Positions 62,340 to 64,000 of a DNA stretch of 64,000 bases are shown here, in pieces (within the stretch, counting starts at the first letter, position 1; every line of letters starts with the position of its first letter). Where the stretch lies: positions 274,254-338,253 of the forward strand of contig NW_003314399.1 of the NCBI RefSeq assembly GCF_000143415.4, read 5' to 3'. The position numbers were made by a program, and so were the translations under genes. The DNA is from Selaginella moellendorffii (Eukaryota > Plantae > Lycopodiophyta). The notes beneath the pieces were generated by a model. The model made no database searches and was not told the DNA's origin. It was given only the letters and a program-made list of their open reading frames with translations.

Positions 62340-63120
62340 NNNNNNNNNNNNNNNNNNNNNNNNNNNNNNNNNNNNNNNNNNNNNNNNNNNNNNNNNNNNN
62401 NNNNNNNNNNNNNNNNNNNNNNNNNNNNNNNNNNNNNNNNNNNNNNNNNNNNNNNNNNNNNNNNNNNNNNNNNNNNNNNNNNNNNNNNNNNNNNNNNNNN
62501 NNNNNNNNNNNNNNNNNNNNNNNNNNNNNNNNNNNNNNNNNNNNNNNNNNNNNNNNNNNNNNNNNNNNNNNNNNNNNNNNNNNNNNNNNNNNNNNNNNNN
62601 NNNNNNNNNNNNNNNNNNNNNNNNNNNNNNNNNNNNNNNNNNNNNNNNNNNNNNNNNNNNNNNNNNNNNNNNNNNNNNNNNNNNNNNNNNNNNNNNNNNN
62701 NNNNNNNNNNNNNNNNNNNNNNNNNNNNNNNNNNNNNNNNNNNNNNNNNNNNNNNNNNNNNNNNNNNNNNNNNNNNNNNNNNNNNNNNNNNNNNNNNNNN
62801 NNNNNNNNNNNNNNNNNNNNNNNNNNNNNNNNNNNNNNNNNNNNNNNNNNNNNNNNNNNNNNNNNNNNNNNNNNNNNNNNNNNNNNNNNNNNNNNNNNNN
62901 NNNNNNNNNNNNNNNNNNNNNNNNNNNNNNNNNNNNNNNNNNNNNNNNNNNNNNNNNNNNNNNNNNNNNNNNNNNNNNNNNNNNNNNNNNNNNNNNNNNN
63001 NNNNNNNNNNNNNNNNNNNNNNNNNNNNNNNNNNNNNNNNNNNNNNNNNNNNNNNNNNNNNNNNNNNNNNNNNNNNNNNNNNNNNNNNNNNNNNNNNNNN
63101 NNNNNNNNNNNNNNNNNNNN
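62340..63120. other. Assembly gap (N run)
   Basis: N run. Confidence 1.
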
Positions 63121-64000
63121 ACGAAACAATGTTTTTCTACAATTCCAGCATCTCATTACATCCAATAGAAGAGCTCAAAGTGCATGTCCCATGGTGATTA
63201 TATTCCATACAACCAACATTGTGGTTCTTCATCCTCCCAAATACTTCTAATGCTTCCACATGTCCACGAGGCTGCTCATGACAAATGCATCAGCTTCATA
63301 TCCACAATTTGCACCCATCCTGCATGAATCTTCCATGCTCCCACACCTTGCATACAGATCCACTAGACTCCTTGCCACGAACATGTCAAGATCATAGCCT
63401 TCCTTGCAAGCTGCCGAATGAAGAGCCATTCCTTTCTCGGCTTTGTCATTTCCTTTAGCTGCTCCCAAGTACTGCGAAAACTTGCTGAGCATGCCACACT
63501 TGGGAGTAGAGTCTAAGAGGTTTAGAATGTGGAATCTTTTGTCTGCGTATAAAACTTCTTAAAGTTAATACATTGTTGCAGTCCAGAACTAAGCTTACCT
63601 CTTTTGCTCATCAAAAATCTAGTTTCCATCCTAGAATCAGCTGGCATGCTTCTCAAGTTGACAGCCTTGCTACTACATGCTGGAAAAAGAGATCAAGTGC
63701 CAAGCTACCTTTGGATCTATGAGCGGAGATGAAATATTGCAGGTCTACATGCAAATTCTTGCCAATACAAATTGTTGCTCCTGAACTCATGATGATAGCC
63801 AGCCTCTTGTTATACCCACACAATGACTCCTCTTTTTCTTTGTCAGGAATGTTCCATGCAATGGCCCCTACGTCTGAAACCTACCTTTGATCCTTGAGAG
63901 CAGCCTTGAGAAGCCATCTTGTCCCTATGTGCGTGAGTTTTATCCCATAAGTACAAACTTATGAATGATTCCACGTTTGTCAGTGTCCAAGCTTCTTCTG
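63121..64000 (+). repeat. Third direct copy of the duplication unit (PPR relic part)
   Basis: Near-identical to 55101-55980. Confidence 0.9.

Noticed and set aside
62266-63250. ~300-aa ORFs
   Set aside because: Artefacts of translating the N gap.

Overview
Eukaryotic, plant-type nuclear DNA with very short (~50-70 nt) introns, gene-dense GC-rich islands and AT-rich transposon-relic blocks. The gene content (PLS-class PPR genes, a HIP/TIP-like aquaporin, flagellar genes) suggests a seed-free land plant, most likely the lycophyte Selaginella (inference). Left to right: 5' half of an aquaporin with a Gly/Met-rich N-terminus; AT-rich block containing a full-length but stop-riddled Ty3/gypsy LTR element (short LTRs, tRNA-Ala-type PBS, PPT, GGGAAAC -1 frameshift site); a 14-3-3 gene fragment; then a compact gene cluster (PPR, BI1/Lifeguard, KEA K+ antiporter, a five-exon Roadblock/LC7 dynein light chain not assembled by the ORF track, a QRICH2/C16orf96-like coiled-coil protein with a collagen-like tract, MetAP2, ABCG half-transporter, Trp/Tyr permease, nuclear group II intron maturase, RRP4-like, PPR). 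From ~35.9 kb to the end is a rearranged array of direct and inverted copies of a composite unit (PPR relic + His-rich membrane protein gene + beta-tubulin tail fragment + NHL-repeat gene). All NHL copies look disabled, whereas both His-rich protein copies keep open frames. Two assembly gaps lie in this array.
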